Shown here: in pieces, positions 38,516-51,657 of the stretch
Layout of the letters: every line of letters starts with the position of its first letter
How positions within the stretch are numbered: the first letter of the stretch is position 1
Assembly (NCBI GenBank): GCA_028278665.1
Contig: JAQAJI010000030.1
Coordinates: forward strand, 1 to 63,335
DNA: 63,335 bases
DNA from: Candidatus Rariloculus versatilis
Lineage (GTDB): Bacteria > Pseudomonadota > Gammaproteobacteria > Steroidobacterales > Rariloculaceae
Reading direction: 5' to 3'
Program-made: the position numbers and the translations under genes
Notes under the pieces: model-generated
Seen by the model: the letters and a program-made list of their open reading frames with translations, nothing else
Database searches by the model: none
What the model was told of the DNA's origin: nothing

Positions 38516-40569
38516 TCGTCGGCTTTCGGCTTGAATTCCTTCTCGAGCGCCTTTTGCACGATCGGGGGGACCGTCTCGTAGTGATCGAACTCCATCGTGA
38601 AACTGCCCTCGCCGCCGGTCAGCGACTTGAGCGTCGCCTGGTAGTCGCCGAGTTCCGCGAGCGGCACGTTGGCCTGAATCTTCGATTGGTTGCCGGCCAG
38701 CGAGTCGCTGCCGGCGATGCGGCCGCGGATTCCGGACAGGTGTCCGGTGATGTCGCCGACGTAGTGGTTGGGCGTCGTGACCTCGACCCTCGCGATCGGT
38801 TCGAGAACGATCGGATTCGCCCTGGCGACCGCGTCCATGAACGCTTTCTTGCCGGCCGCGACGAACGCAACTTCCTTCGAGTCGACCGAGTGGTGCTTGC
38901 CGTCGTAAACGATCACACGCACGTCCTGCAGCGGATTGCCGCTGATCGCGCCTTCATTGAGCACCTGCTTGACGCCCTTCTCGACGGCCGGGATGAACTG
39001 CCCGGGAATCGTGCCGCCGACAACCTTGTTGACGAATTCGAAGCCCTCGCCGCGATTCATTGGCTCGATCCTGAGGTACACCTCGCCGAACTGGCCCGCA
39101 CCGCCGGTCTGCTTCTTGTGCCGGTGGTGCCCCTCGGCATTGCGTGTCACCGTCTCGCGGTAGGCGATCTTGGGCGGGCGCGTCGAAACCTCGACGCCGA
39201 ACTCGTCCTTCATGCGCTCCATCAGCAGTCTCAGGTGATACTCGCCCATGCCGCGCAACACGGTCTCGTTGGCTTGCGCGTTGAATTCGAGCCGCAGGCT
39301 CGGATCCTCGGCCGTGAGCTTGTGCAGGGCGTCGGAGAGCTTTTTCTCCTGGCCGCGCTGACTGAGCTCGAGCGCCACGCCATGCATCGGCGCCGGAATG
39401 CTGGCAGACCGCATCCTGAGCGAGTCTTCGTCGTGACTCGCATGCAGCACATCGTCGAACTGGATGTCCTCGATCTTCGATACCGCACAGATATCACCGG
39501 GGCCCGCCGTTGAAACCTCCTCGAGGTTCTTGCCCTGCACGCGGTACAGGTGCGCGAGCTTGATGGCCTTGCGGCGCTCGCCGACATAGATCTGGTCGCC
39601 GGAATTCAATTGCCCCTGGTGGACGCGAAATGCGGCAAGCCGGCCGACGTATGGGTCCACGTTGACCTTGAAGACATGGCCGACGAAGTGGCCATTGTGC
39701 GCGTCGCGATCGACGCTGAACGACCCGTCAGCGTCGTCTCCGAGCGAGAATTCGGCGGGGTTGGCCTCAAATGGATTCGGCATGAGTTGCGAGAAGACGC
39801 GCAACAACTGCCGCAGTCCCGCTCCGGTTTCGGCAGACACGAAGCACACGGGAATCAGATGCCCCCGCCGCAAGGCGCGTGCAAACGGTGCGTGAAGCTG
39901 TTCCAGGGCGATCTCCTCGCCCTCGAGGTACTTCTCCATGAGGTCGTCGTCGAGTTCGACGATCTGGTCGACGATCTCCGTGTGGGTCGCGTCGACCGAG
40001 GAAAAGTCGGGAGTTTCGTCGGCCGGCTCGAAAAAGCAATCCGCCACGGCCTGGCCCTTGCGCGCCGGCAGATTGAGCGGCAGGCATTCGCGCCCGAACG
40101 TGTCGCGGATCTTGCCGAGCACTGCTTCAAGATTCGCTTCCGGCGAATCGATCCTGTTGACGATGATGAGCCGGCAGAGCTTGCGCGCGGCTGCAGCGTC
40201 CATGACGCGCTGTGTGACGAGTTCGATGCCGCTTTGTGCGTTGACGACGACCGCGACGGTCTCGACCGCCGGCAGCACGGCAAGCGTCCTGCCGAGAAAG
40301 TCCGGGTAGCCCGGCGTGTCCAGAATGTTGACGGATACACCGTCGTGTTCGAGGTGGCAGAGGCTAACGTCGAGCGAATGCTGCAGCCGCTTTTCCTGAT
40401 CGGTGAAATCGCAGACCGTCGTGCCCTTGTTGACGCTCCCGGCACTGCGGATTGACCCTGCCGCCAGCAGCAGGGCTTCGATCAACGTTGTTTTTCCTGA
40501 ACCCGCGTGACCGACGATGGCGATGTTGCGGACGCCTTGTGCGTCATGGACCTGTTGCGCTTCACTCAC
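38512..40569 (-). CDS. elongation factor G paralogue (EF-G2-like GTPase)
   Basis: AIVGHAGSGKTTLIEALL (G1), DTPGYPDF (G3), NRID (G4), then EF-G domains II-V. Start trimmed to GTG 40569, which is preceded by AAGGGA. Confidence 0.85.
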   Translation of the reverse strand: MSEAQQVHDAQGVRNIAIVGHAGSGKTTLIEALLLAAGSIRSAGSVNKGTTVCDFTDQEKRLQHSLDVSLCHLEHDGVSVNILDTPGYPDFLGRTLAVLPAVETVAVVVNAQSGIELVTQRVMDAAAARKLCRLIIVNRIDSPEANLEAVLGKIRDTFGRECLPLNLPARKGQAVADCFFEPADETPDFSSVDATHTEIVDQIVELDDDLMEKYLEGEEIALEQLHAPFARALRRGHLIPVCFVSAETGAGLRQLLRVFSQLMPNPFEANPAEFSLGDDADGSFSVDRDAHNGHFVGHVFKVNVDPYVGRLAAFRVHQGQLNSGDQIYVGERRKAIKLAHLYRVQGKNLEEVSTAGPGDICAVSKIEDIQFDDVLHASHDEDSLRMRSASIPAPMHGVALELSQRGQEKKLSDALHKLTAEDPSLRLEFNAQANETVLRGMGEYHLRLLMERMKDEFGVEVSTRPPKIAYRETVTRNAEGHHRHKKQTGGAGQFGEVYLRIEPMNRGEGFEFVNKVVGGTIPGQFIPAVEKGVKQVLNEGAISGNPLQDVRVIVYDGKHHSVDSKEVAFVAAGKKAFMDAVARANPIVLEPIARVEVTTPNHYVGDITGHLSGIRGRIAGSDSLAGNQSKIQANVPLAELGDYQATLKSLTGGEGSFTMEFDHYETVPPIVQKALEKEFKPKADD

Positions 40570-40748
40570 TGAATATCCCTTTTGCTTGTTGGCCTGGCGA
40601 CGTATCTGGCGGGGCGCATATCGTAGCAACTCGCCGCAAACGCACAAGTCCCGAAACGCGCACGCCCGGAGCAGGCGCGGAGATTCGACCCATTGCCGGC
40701 CGGGCGCCTGGCCGATTTCGCTGCGGCACGGGGTTCTGCCACTGGCTA

Positions 40749-41690
40749 CTACCGTTTTCCGAGAAGGGTTCTCAGTCCGAGGAAAGCGGGTACGGGTTCG
40801 GTGATGACGCGGGTCGGGATCGATGCCATGTAATCGCAGTAACGGCCTTTCGCTTCGAAGCGCTCGCGAAAGTCCGATGTGGCGAGGAGGTCAATCAGCC
40901 GCGGAACGATGCCGCCTGCGACGTAGACGCCGCCCCTCGCGCCGAGCGTCAGTGCGAGGTCGGCCGCGACCGTACCCAGCAAGGCGAAGAACATTGCGAG
41001 CGTTTCCATGGCGAAAGGGTCGCCCGCCCGCGCAAGCTTCGTTACTTCAGCCGCCGTGACCGGCGTACCGCTGCGCCCGGCGAGCTCGCCGAGCGTCGCA
41101 TGCAGCCTTTCGATACCCGGTCCCGAGAGCACGCGCTCGGCCGAGCAGTGTCCGGTCCTTTCCCTGATGTGCCCGATCGCCTCGGCTTCGGCCGATGTAG
41201 CGGCCGCCAGCGTCACGTGGCCGCCTTCTCCGGCCACGGCCGTCCAGCCGTCGCTCGAAGGCACCAGGCTCGCGACGCCGAGCCCGGAGCCTGGCCCCAG
41301 AACGACCAGCGGTGCGCGCGCAGCGGCGTTTCCGCTGCCGATCTGCGTGTAGTCCGAAGCCCTGAGCGCGGGCAGCCCTCGGGCGACCGCGGCGAAATCG
41401 TTGACGATGTGAAGTTCGCGAAGCTCGAGCGATTCCTGCAGTCCGTTGCGTGAGAATCGCCAGCCCAGATTGATCATTTCGAAATCGTTGCCGACCTCGG
41501 GCGCCGCGACGGCCAGTGCAGCGCGGCGCGGCCGGCCGAGCGCGCGGCACTCGTCGAGATACGCGCCGAGCACGCTCTGGATGTCGGCGAATTCGCCATT
41601 GGAGAACCTCTGCTGAGCACGCGTCCCGGCGTCGTCATCGAGCAGTGCGCAACGAGTGTAGGTCGCCCCGATGTCGGCTATGAGGTCCAT
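40749..41690 (-). CDS. glk: glucokinase
   Basis: MDLIADIGATYTRCAL... and GGVYVAGGIVPRL fit the bacterial Glk pattern. 313 aa. Confidence 0.8.
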   Translation of the reverse strand: MDLIADIGATYTRCALLDDDAGTRAQQRFSNGEFADIQSVLGAYLDECRALGRPRRAALAVAAPEVGNDFEMINLGWRFSRNGLQESLELRELHIVNDFAAVARGLPALRASDYTQIGSGNAAARAPLVVLGPGSGLGVASLVPSSDGWTAVAGEGGHVTLAAATSAEAEAIGHIRERTGHCSAERVLSGPGIERLHATLGELAGRSGTPVTAAEVTKLARAGDPFAMETLAMFFALLGTVAADLALTLGARGGVYVAGGIVPRLIDLLATSDFRERFEAKGRYCDYMASIPTRVITEPVPAFLGLRTLLGKR

Positions 41691-41818
41691 GGATCCAATG
41701 GTAACCGGGACGTATTCGAGCGGGCCATCGGTGACGGCGCGAGGATCGGAGAACGGTGCAGACCGGACCGGACGGGCCGGCCGGCAAGGGTTTCAGTGAT
41801 TTGCGCCGGTTCGGGCTC

Positions 41819-42034
41819 TCAAGCGTTCAGATCCGGAATTCGCGCACTTTCGAGCTGTGTGATCATGTCCTTGAGCATGAGCTTGCGCTTCTTCAGTCGT
41901 CGGAGCATGACCTGATCCACATGGGGATCCTCTACAAGCCGGGTGATTACCTGATCCAGATCCTTGTGCTCTATTCGTAACGCCTTGAGCCGTTCCACGT
42001 TCCTGAATGTCCGTGTTTCGATCTTTTGATCCAC
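41819..42034 (-). CDS. DUF465 (YdcH-like) small protein
   Basis: 71 aa. LKALRIEHKDLDQVI...LRRLKKRKLMLKDMI is the typical DUF465 coiled-coil pattern. Confidence 0.7.
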   Translation of the reverse strand: MDQKIETRTFRNVERLKALRIEHKDLDQVITRLVEDPHVDQVMLRRLKKRKLMLKDMITQLESARIPDLNA

Positions 42035-42843
42035 TATCGGTTTTTGTTGAATGCCAGCCAGTCGCGTCGATCGTCGCCAAACGCCAGGAAGTGCGGGTTG
42101 AGCAGGTGATCCCTGGAATTGTATCTCAGCGGCTGACCCTCAAGATCAATCATACTCCCTCCAGCCTCGTGCAGGATAGCCTGCGCGGCGGCGGTATCCC
42201 ACTCCGAGGTGGGTCCGAGCCGAGGGTAGATATCGGCGCTCCCGTCGGCGACGAGACAGGTCTTCAGTGAGCTGCCCATGGGCTTGAGAACATAGGGTTC
42301 GAGGCTTGCCAGATACGCCTGAAGCGCGGTGCCCGGATGGCTGCGGCTGCCGACGACGCGCACCGGGTCGCCTGCTTCGCGGCTGACGGCGATGCCCTGA
42401 AGTGCGCCGCCCACGTCGGACCGGAATGCGCCCTGCCCCGCGATGGCGCTGTATTCCACTTCGATGGCCGGTGCAAGCACGACGCCGAGTACCGCTTCGT
42501 GCCCGTCGATGAGCGCGATGTTGACCGTGAATTCGCCGTTACGCTTGATGAACTCCCGCGTACCGTCGAGCGGATCGACGAGCCAGAAGCGGTCCCAGTT
42601 TCGACGACCGGACACGTCCGCCTCGGGCGACTCCTCGGAGAGGATCGGTACGCTCGGATCGATTGCCGTCAAGTCGCGCACGATGAGTTCGTGCGATTTT
42701 CGATCGGCCTCGGTGAGCGGCGAGCGATCGTCCTTGAGCTCGACGGAAAAACCCTCGCCGTAGATTTCAAGAATCGCGTCGCCGGCCCTGCGGGCGATGG
42801 ACCGGACCTCGGTACAGAGCGCCGCGTCGATCGCGAGAGTCAT
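42034..42843 (-). CDS. cysQ: 3'(2'),5'-bisphosphate nucleotidase
   Basis: ILSEE...WLVDPLDGTREFIKRNGEFTVNIALI and the WDTAAAQAIL inositol-monophosphatase-family motifs. Confidence 0.85.
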   Translation of the reverse strand: MTLAIDAALCTEVRSIARRAGDAILEIYGEGFSVELKDDRSPLTEADRKSHELIVRDLTAIDPSVPILSEESPEADVSGRRNWDRFWLVDPLDGTREFIKRNGEFTVNIALIDGHEAVLGVVLAPAIEVEYSAIAGQGAFRSDVGGALQGIAVSREAGDPVRVVGSRSHPGTALQAYLASLEPYVLKPMGSSLKTCLVADGSADIYPRLGPTSEWDTAAAQAILHEAGGSMIDLEGQPLRYNSRDHLLNPHFLAFGDDRRDWLAFNKNR

Positions 42844-42888
42844 CTGTCGGCCACGGCCATCGGCGCCTGAAGCATTCGGCGCAGTTTC

Positions 42889-43033
42889 CTAGGAGTGTGC
42901 GCCGTAGGAAGTCGCGAAAGCGAAAATTCGCTATCGCCGTCCCTTCGGTTGATCGATTGAGGAGAATTGATCGGGCGAAGGGGCGGATGAGAGCGGATTT
43001 GCAGCCGCGAATTCCTACGGTGCAGGCTCCTAG
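42889..43033. mobile_element. 145-bp hairpin MITE, full copy with CTAG at both ends
   Basis: CTAGGAGTGTGCGCCGTAGGAAGTCGCG...CGCGAATTCCTACGGTGCAGGCTCCTAG. The two arms are an imperfect inverted repeat along most of their length. Lies between the rhlB stop and the cysQ start. Confidence 0.6.
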
Positions 43034-44337
43034 CTCCGGGATCCACCGGACGTGGATCGATTCCGGGTGCTGTGTCGGCGCGGCGGCCGTCTGCGCCGGT
43101 GTTTCGAACCCGCAGCGCTCTTGTTGAGCGACGCCGCGACCGTGGCGAGCTTGTCGCGGTCCACTTCCGCCACCGGGATCTTGTGGCCGATGTAGGCCTC
43201 GATCTCGGGCAGCGATATCGCGTAGTCCTCGCATCCGAAGCTGATCGCGTCGCCCGTCGCACCGGCGCGAGCCGTACGGCCGATCCGGTGCACGTAGTCC
43301 TCGGCATCCTGGGGCAGGTCGTAGTTGAACACGTGGCTGACGTCGGGGATGTGCAGCCCGCGCGAAGCAACGTCAGTCCCGATCAGCACCGGCAGCCTTC
43401 CGCTTGCGAAGTCCGTCATCATCCGCAAGCGCTTCTTCTGCGGGACGTCGCCGGAGATCGCTTCGGCGTTGATGCCGTTGCTTTCGAGCCGCTCGCGAAG
43501 CCTCTCCGCGGCCCGTTTCGTGTTGACGAACACCATCGTGCGGCTCACGTCCATCTCTCCGAGCAACATCATGAGCAGCGGGATCTTCTCGTCGTTGGCC
43601 GGAAAGTAGATGCACTGCGTGACCCGGTCGACCGTCATTTTTTCAGGCTCGATTCGGACGAGCTCCGGGTCATTCATGTGTTCGTAGGCGAGTTCGAGGA
43701 CGCGATGGGTCAGCGTCGCCGAGAACAGGAAGTTAAGCCGCAGGTCGCGCTCGGGCAAACGGCGCAGGATGTACCTGATGTCGCGTATGAAGCCGAGGTC
43801 GAACATGCGGTCGGCTTCATCGAGCACGAGGACCTGCACTCGCCTGAGGCCATAGACGCGCTGCTTGAAGTAGTCGATGAGCCGGCCGGGCGTGCCGATG
43901 AGGATGTCGACGCCGTCAACGAGTTGCTGCCGCTGCTTCTCGTAGTCGATCCCGCCGAACACGAGGCCGAACCTGTAGGGAAGGTGCTTGCCGAGCGCCG
44001 CGGCATCCTTGTGAATCTGCACGGCGAGTTCGCGTGTGGGCGCCACGAGCAGCGCGCGCGGACCGGGCTCACGCGCCTTGAGCGGGGCGTTGCGGTCGAG
44101 GTGTTCGAAGAGCTCTATGAGGTAGGCCGCCGTCTTGCCGGTGCCGGTCTGCGCCTGTCCGGCGACATCCCGGCCCTGAAGTGCGAGCGGCAACGCCTGA
44201 CTCTGGATCGGCGTGCAGAGCGTGAAACCCAGCTCCGAAATGCCCTGCCGCAACGAGTCCGACAGGGACAACTGGGCGAAACTCAGCAACGTGCCGTGCT
44301 GGCCGGAAAAGGGGTGCGAATCTGAACCGGACTCCAA
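43030..44337 (-). CDS. rhlB: ATP-dependent RNA helicase RhlB
   Basis: TPIQSQALPLALQGRDVAGQAQTGTGKT, VLDEADRMFDLGF, SAT, HRIGRTARAG and a basic C-terminal tail. The track ORF starts at 44508, but its 57-aa extension looks non-coding. I suggest TTG 44337 (LESGSDSHPFSGQHGTLLSFAQL...). The start is uncertain. Confidence 0.8.
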   Translation of the reverse strand: MESGSDSHPFSGQHGTLLSFAQLSLSDSLRQGISELGFTLCTPIQSQALPLALQGRDVAGQAQTGTGKTAAYLIELFEHLDRNAPLKAREPGPRALLVAPTRELAVQIHKDAAALGKHLPYRFGLVFGGIDYEKQRQQLVDGVDILIGTPGRLIDYFKQRVYGLRRVQVLVLDEADRMFDLGFIRDIRYILRRLPERDLRLNFLFSATLTHRVLELAYEHMNDPELVRIEPEKMTVDRVTQCIYFPANDEKIPLLMMLLGEMDVSRTMVFVNTKRAAERLRERLESNGINAEAISGDVPQKKRLRMMTDFASGRLPVLIGTDVASRGLHIPDVSHVFNYDLPQDAEDYVHRIGRTARAGATGDAISFGCEDYAISLPEIEAYIGHKIPVAEVDRDKLATVAASLNKSAAGSKHRRRRPPRRHSTRNRSTSGGSRS

Positions 44338-44598
44338 GGAGTGTTTTCCAAATCGAAGATGAAATTTGAAGGATAAAAGCCGAAACTTGCCGCAGGCAAT
44401 GTCGGCAAGCGTGTGATATACATGCACATGTTGCGGGAAGCGCCGGACGCACGCAAGCTTCGGCCCGCCATGGCAGCAGCCGACGAACCGGCCGTGTGAA
44501 CTTGCCATGAAACACGGCTATACTCGTTCGGTTGCTGCACCATCGTCTCCAGGGGCGGCCACCGTCGTTCACGGATCAGGCACGAGAGGCGCGTTCGT

Positions 44599-45519
44599 AT
44601 GCAGTTGATTCTCCTGTCCAACATACGGGGCCCGGTCGGCCAGCTTTGCCTGACCTCGCACCGTGTTCGGCTGGGGCTTGCGACCATCGCGCTCGTTGTC
44701 GGCGCCGGCATATTTTATGCCGGCTACCGCATGGCCGGCGCCACAGGTCCCGCTCAAGGCGTGGTGTCCCTGCGCAGCGATCTGGCCGAGCAGGAGTCCA
44801 CGCTTCAGGCAACGCGCCGGGCGCTGCAGCAGAATGTCGATGCGCTCGCGCTCCGGCTGGGGCTCATGAACGCCCAGGTGGTCCGGCTGGAGGCCCTCGG
44901 CTCGCGACTGACCCAGGTCGCCGGATTCGATGACGGCGAGTTCGACTTCTCCGCGCCGCCCTCGCTTGGCGGCCCCGAGCAACCATTGGCCATGGGCGAC
45001 GAGATGCAGCTCAACGACGTCGTCTCGACGCTTGACGCACTCGATCAGCAACTCGCCGACCGCCGCCAGCAGCTCCGTGTGCTCGAAGACTTCCTGCTGA
45101 GCCGCAAGCTTCAGGATCAGGTGGTGCCGGATGGGCGGCCCGTAGCCGGCGGGTACATCTCGTCCGGATTCGGCACCCGTACCGATCCTTTCACGGGTCG
45201 TCGGGCGTTTCACCAGGGCGTGGATTTCGCCGGGCGCCCGGGCGGTGAGGTGATCGCCGTCGGTTCAGGTGTCGTGATCTGGTCCGGGTCGCGGTTCGGT
45301 TACGGAGAGCTCGTTGAAGTCAACCACGGCAACGGTTACGTGACCCGTTATGCGCACCTCGCCGACAACTTTGTCACGCTCGGCGACATGGTGACACGCG
45401 GCCAGGTCATCGCAAAGGTGGGCCGAACGGGCCGCGCCACAGGCCCCAACCTCCACTTCGAGGTGCTTCGCAACGGGCTGCCGGTCAATCCGCTGAACTA
45501 CATCAGTGCGAACCAATAA
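44599..45519 (+). CDS. M23-family peptidoglycan metalloendopeptidase
   Basis: N-terminal TM, then a coiled-coil region. HQGVDFAGRPGGEVIAVGSGVV...VNHGNGYVTRYAHL...GRTGRATGPNLHFEV. Confidence 0.8.
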   Translation: MQLILLSNIRGPVGQLCLTSHRVRLGLATIALVVGAGIFYAGYRMAGATGPAQGVVSLRSDLAEQESTLQATRRALQQNVDALALRLGLMNAQVVRLEALGSRLTQVAGFDDGEFDFSAPPSLGGPEQPLAMGDEMQLNDVVSTLDALDQQLADRRQQLRVLEDFLLSRKLQDQVVPDGRPVAGGYISSGFGTRTDPFTGRRAFHQGVDFAGRPGGEVIAVGSGVVIWSGSRFGYGELVEVNHGNGYVTRYAHLADNFVTLGDMVTRGQVIAKVGRTGRATGPNLHFEVLRNGLPVNPLNYISANQ

Positions 45520-45553
45520 GGACCTGACAGGGATCGCCAGGTCCCTTTAATTT
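45520..45553 (+). terminator. probable Rho-independent terminator after the M23 peptidase gene
   Basis: The stem GGACCTG (45520-45526) pairs with CAGGTCC (45538-45544) around an 11-nt loop. It is followed by CTTTAATTT, immediately after the TAA stop at 45517-45519. Confidence 0.5.
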
Positions 45554-45587
45554 CCGGTCCGCCGTCCAAACATTAGAATAGGTCCGA

Positions 45588-48614
<3,027 letters not shown>

Positions 48615-48651
48615 GGGACCCGGAATCGATCCGATTCACGTTGTTGTAGGG

Positions 48652-49056
48652 TTGATCGGCGACGAACACGGCCGGGTGCTGATCGGCCAGCGGCATGCCG
48701 CCACGCACATGGGTGGTGCGTGGGAGTTTCCCGGCGGCAAGTGCGCGCCGGGCGAGCTGGCGCGGGATGCGCTTTGCCGTGAACTCGACGAGGAACTCGG
48801 GATCGCCGTCGAGCACGCCGAACCGTTGCTCGACTACGTGCACGATTATCCGGATCGTCGCGTGAGGCTCGACGTCTGGCTCGTGCATCGCTATCGCGGC
48901 GAACCGCACGCTCGCGAGGGCCAGCGCCTGCGCTGGGTGCGCGTCGACGAGCTCGCCGAGTCAGGCCTGTTGAGTGCCGACCGGCCGATCCTCGATGCGC
49001 TTGAGAGTCAGGAGCCCGTTAGGGCTGCCGGTCAGCACAAGGCAAGCAGAAACTGA
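48652..49056 (+). CDS. mutT: 8-oxo-dGTP diphosphatase (Nudix) MutT
   Basis: Nudix box GGAWEFPGGKCAPGELARDALCRELDEELGI. The start is problematic (see finding). Confidence 0.8.
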   Translation: MIGDEHGRVLIGQRHAATHMGGAWEFPGGKCAPGELARDALCRELDEELGIAVEHAEPLLDYVHDYPDRRVRLDVWLVHRYRGEPHAREGQRLRWVRVDELAESGLLSADRPILDALESQEPVRAAGQHKASRN

Positions 49057-49835
49057 AGTTCCCCGGAAACCTGCAGCGGACGGCTGTCGACGCCCTGCCA
49101 TTCAACGAAACGGATCGTGAACTGGTGCTTGCCTGCACTGAATTCCGGGTAGATGCCGTTGCCGGCCGGCAGCATGACGCGGATCAGATTGTAGTGCGTC
49201 CTGCGATCGAGCTTGTGGATGTAGTGGCCGTCGTACGCGATGCGTTCGACCGGATCGCTCGTCTCGCGAAGCAGCGTGAGCACTTCATCGACCGCATTGC
49301 ATAGCGGCTTGAGATAGTTGGCCCACACCAGGAGCTGATCGGCGCGTTCGGCGTAGGGAAGGTTCAGCCAGTAGCCGTATTCGGGCAGGTCGAAACCGCA
49401 AGTCCCGCCGGGAATCCAGCTGCGGTGCTTGATCGCGCTCAGAAACTCATTGTCCTTCAGTGGACCGACGAGGTGCGGGCCGTAGGATGCAAGTTCGCTT
49501 TTGAGATTGCCGATGCCTTCGATGATCGAATCGAGACGATCGGTATCGACCTCGGAAGTCTGCCGAAACCGGTTCAGCATACCGTCGATGCGATCGAGTT
49601 CCTGGAGCGCCTCCGCCCGCACGTCGCCGTGCGCGAGGATCGAAAGAATGCCGAGCAGGCTGTTCACCGCTTCGCGCGAACTCAGATCGGTTTCGCTGTT
49701 CGTATGAAACAGCGCCTGCCGGTACAGCAACTCTATCCGAAGAAACGTTCGGATTCGTTCGGACAGCGGCTGCTCGAACTTTACGAATTCCTCGCTGGGA
49801 ACCGCTTCCGGAAGATTCTGCACAGTGCTCGCCAT
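49032..49835 (-). CDS. zapD: cell division protein ZapD
   Basis: FEQPLSERIRTFLRIELLYRQ is the ZapD signature. I chose ATG 49835, which lies 4 nt after the coaE stop, over 49886. Confidence 0.8.
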   Translation of the reverse strand: MASTVQNLPEAVPSEEFVKFEQPLSERIRTFLRIELLYRQALFHTNSETDLSSREAVNSLLGILSILAHGDVRAEALQELDRIDGMLNRFRQTSEVDTDRLDSIIEGIGNLKSELASYGPHLVGPLKDNEFLSAIKHRSWIPGGTCGFDLPEYGYWLNLPYAERADQLLVWANYLKPLCNAVDEVLTLLRETSDPVERIAYDGHYIHKLDRRTHYNLIRVMLPAGNGIYPEFSAGKHQFTIRFVEWQGVDSRPLQVSGELQFLLALC

Positions 49836-49839
49836 CGGG

Positions 49840-50463
49840 CTATTCTGCGCGACGTTGCCCTGCTCGGCAAACGCGGGCGAGATCAAGATAGCGTTTGTGC
49901 AGCTTCTCGACCTGCCGTCGGGTCGAAGCCCGCCGGCCCCCGGCGCTGATCACATCGTCGGCGGCCGCAAGCCGCGCAGCCCGGTCGGCCTGTGCGCCGA
50001 TCGCTGCTTCGGCTGCGGTTCGATCAATGCCGTCGCGTAGCATCAGCCGTTCAATCCGAGTTCCAACCGAGCAGTCTACCACCAGGACGCGCGAAACATG
50101 TTCGGCGAACCCGGTCTCCACGAGCAAAGGGACCGCGGCGATCACGTAGGGACCCTCGGCCTGCTCGAGCAGGGCCAGCGTTCGTTCGCGAATCCGGGGG
50201 TGCAGGATGGCTTCCAGGTCACGACGCCGGTCCGCATTCTCGAAGATGATCCCGCGCAGCGCCCGTCGATCCAGCTCACCGCGCGGGTCGATAACGCCTG
50301 CGCCGAAAGCGCGGCGCACTTCCTCGAGCGCAGCTTGCCCCGGCGCCACGACCTCGCGGGCGACCGCATCCGTGTCGACCAATGCGGCGCCGAGACTCGT
50401 GAACATGTCCGCGACCGTTGACTTGCCGCTCGCGATGCCGCCCGTGAGTCCGATGCGCAACAC
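49840..50463 (-). CDS. coaE: dephospho-CoA kinase
   Basis: IGLTGGIASGKSTV P-loop at the N-terminus. 207 aa. Conserved position between pilD and zapD. Confidence 0.85.
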   Translation of the reverse strand: MLRIGLTGGIASGKSTVADMFTSLGAALVDTDAVAREVVAPGQAALEEVRRAFGAGVIDPRGELDRRALRGIIFENADRRRDLEAILHPRIRERTLALLEQAEGPYVIAAVPLLVETGFAEHVSRVLVVDCSVGTRIERLMLRDGIDRTAAEAAIGAQADRAARLAAADDVISAGGRRASTRRQVEKLHKRYLDLARVCRAGQRRAE

Positions 50464-50507
50464 GCTATTGAGCCTTCCCGTTCATCCTGAATTTCCCCTT
50501 GCCCGCG

Positions 50508-51392
50508 CTAAAGCGGAAGGTGCCGGTACATGTTCATGAGATCGGTTCCCCAGAGCAGGGCGATCCAGCCGGCGGCCGCGAGATACGGGCCGAACGGCAG
50601 CGCCGCGCCCCGCGATCTCCGGCCTGACGCAATCAGAAAGATCCCGACGATCGAGCCCGCCGCGGCGGACAGGACGATGACAAGGGGCAGGAGCTGCCAG
50701 CCGAGCCATGCACCAAGCGCCGCGAGCAGCTTGAAGTCACCGTAGCCCATGCCGTCCTTGCCGGTCACGAGCTTGAACAGTTGGTACACGATCCACAGGC
50801 TCAGGTACCCCGCCGCGGCCCCGATCACGCTGTCGCGCAGCGTCGCGAAGAGCGGCGCGCCGTCGACCGCGACGAGCGCAAGCAGCAACCCGGCCCACAG
50901 CAGCGGCAACGTCAGGCTGTCCGGCAGCAGCTTGTGTTCGCCGTCGATCACGGCGAGCGCCACCAGCGTCCACGTGAACGCGAGTGCGGCGACGGTCTGC
51001 CAGCTCGGACCGAATACCCAGGCGACGGTCAGGCTCGCGACTGTCGCGAAGATTTCCACGAAGGGATAGCGAAGCGAAACTGCCTCTGCGCAGTGTGCGC
51101 ACCGTCCCTTGAGCCAGAGGAAACTCAGGACCGGGATGTTGTGCCGTGCGGCAACTCTCTGGCCGCAATTCGGGCATGCGGACGGAGGCCATCGGAGGTT
51201 GAACGTGGAGCCCCGGGCGTGGGGAGGTGGTGCGAACGGTTGGTCCTCGGCTTCGCTGCACTGCCGGCGCCAGGCGATCTCCATCATGATCGGGAGACGC
51301 CAGACGACGACATTCAGGAAGCTGCCGGCCACCAGGCCCAACACGCCACAGGCGAGGAAAAGTGCCGCCGGCCAGATCTCGAAGACTTCCAC
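50508..51392 (-). CDS. pilD: prepilin peptidase / N-methyltransferase (A24 family)
   Basis: CPNCGQ...CAHC cysteine pairs, GYGDFKLLAALGAWLG, multiple TM segments. Confidence 0.9.
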   Translation of the reverse strand: MEVFEIWPAALFLACGVLGLVAGSFLNVVVWRLPIMMEIAWRRQCSEAEDQPFAPPPHARGSTFNLRWPPSACPNCGQRVAARHNIPVLSFLWLKGRCAHCAEAVSLRYPFVEIFATVASLTVAWVFGPSWQTVAALAFTWTLVALAVIDGEHKLLPDSLTLPLLWAGLLLALVAVDGAPLFATLRDSVIGAAAGYLSLWIVYQLFKLVTGKDGMGYGDFKLLAALGAWLGWQLLPLVIVLSAAAGSIVGIFLIASGRRSRGAALPFGPYLAAAGWIALLWGTDLMNMYRHLPL

Positions 51393-51657
51393 GTGTACTT
51401 ACCGCGCCTGCCCGTTGCCCGGTTCGGGAACCGACGTCATGGTCGACCCTGTTCACCGACGACGGCCCGCAGGAAGTGGCGTCGCTGTGCTCACCGGGCG
51501 GATACGCTCACTATTGTCACCGGGCGGAAAGCGGGTTTCCATAGGTTTCTATGATCGGCCAGCGCAAGAGGTCACCCGCGTAATTCCTGGATCGTCATTC
51601 AAGTATTTGAAAAACGAAGGTTGTTCCGAATTTCAGGTGTCTTGCTTGAAATTCTCG

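Noticed and set aside
44380-44530. Small hairpins (CTTGCCG...CGGCAAG; CCGTGT...ACACGG) and a TATACT box in the rhlB / M23 peptidase divergent region
   Set aside because: There is no convincing -35 partner at proper spacing, the stems are only 6-7 bp, and I cannot support a specific regulatory call.
51480-51545. Twice-repeated TCACCGGGCGGA in the pilC-pilD spacer
   Set aside because: This is a 12-nt match in GC-rich DNA with no further symmetry or context. It could easily be chance.
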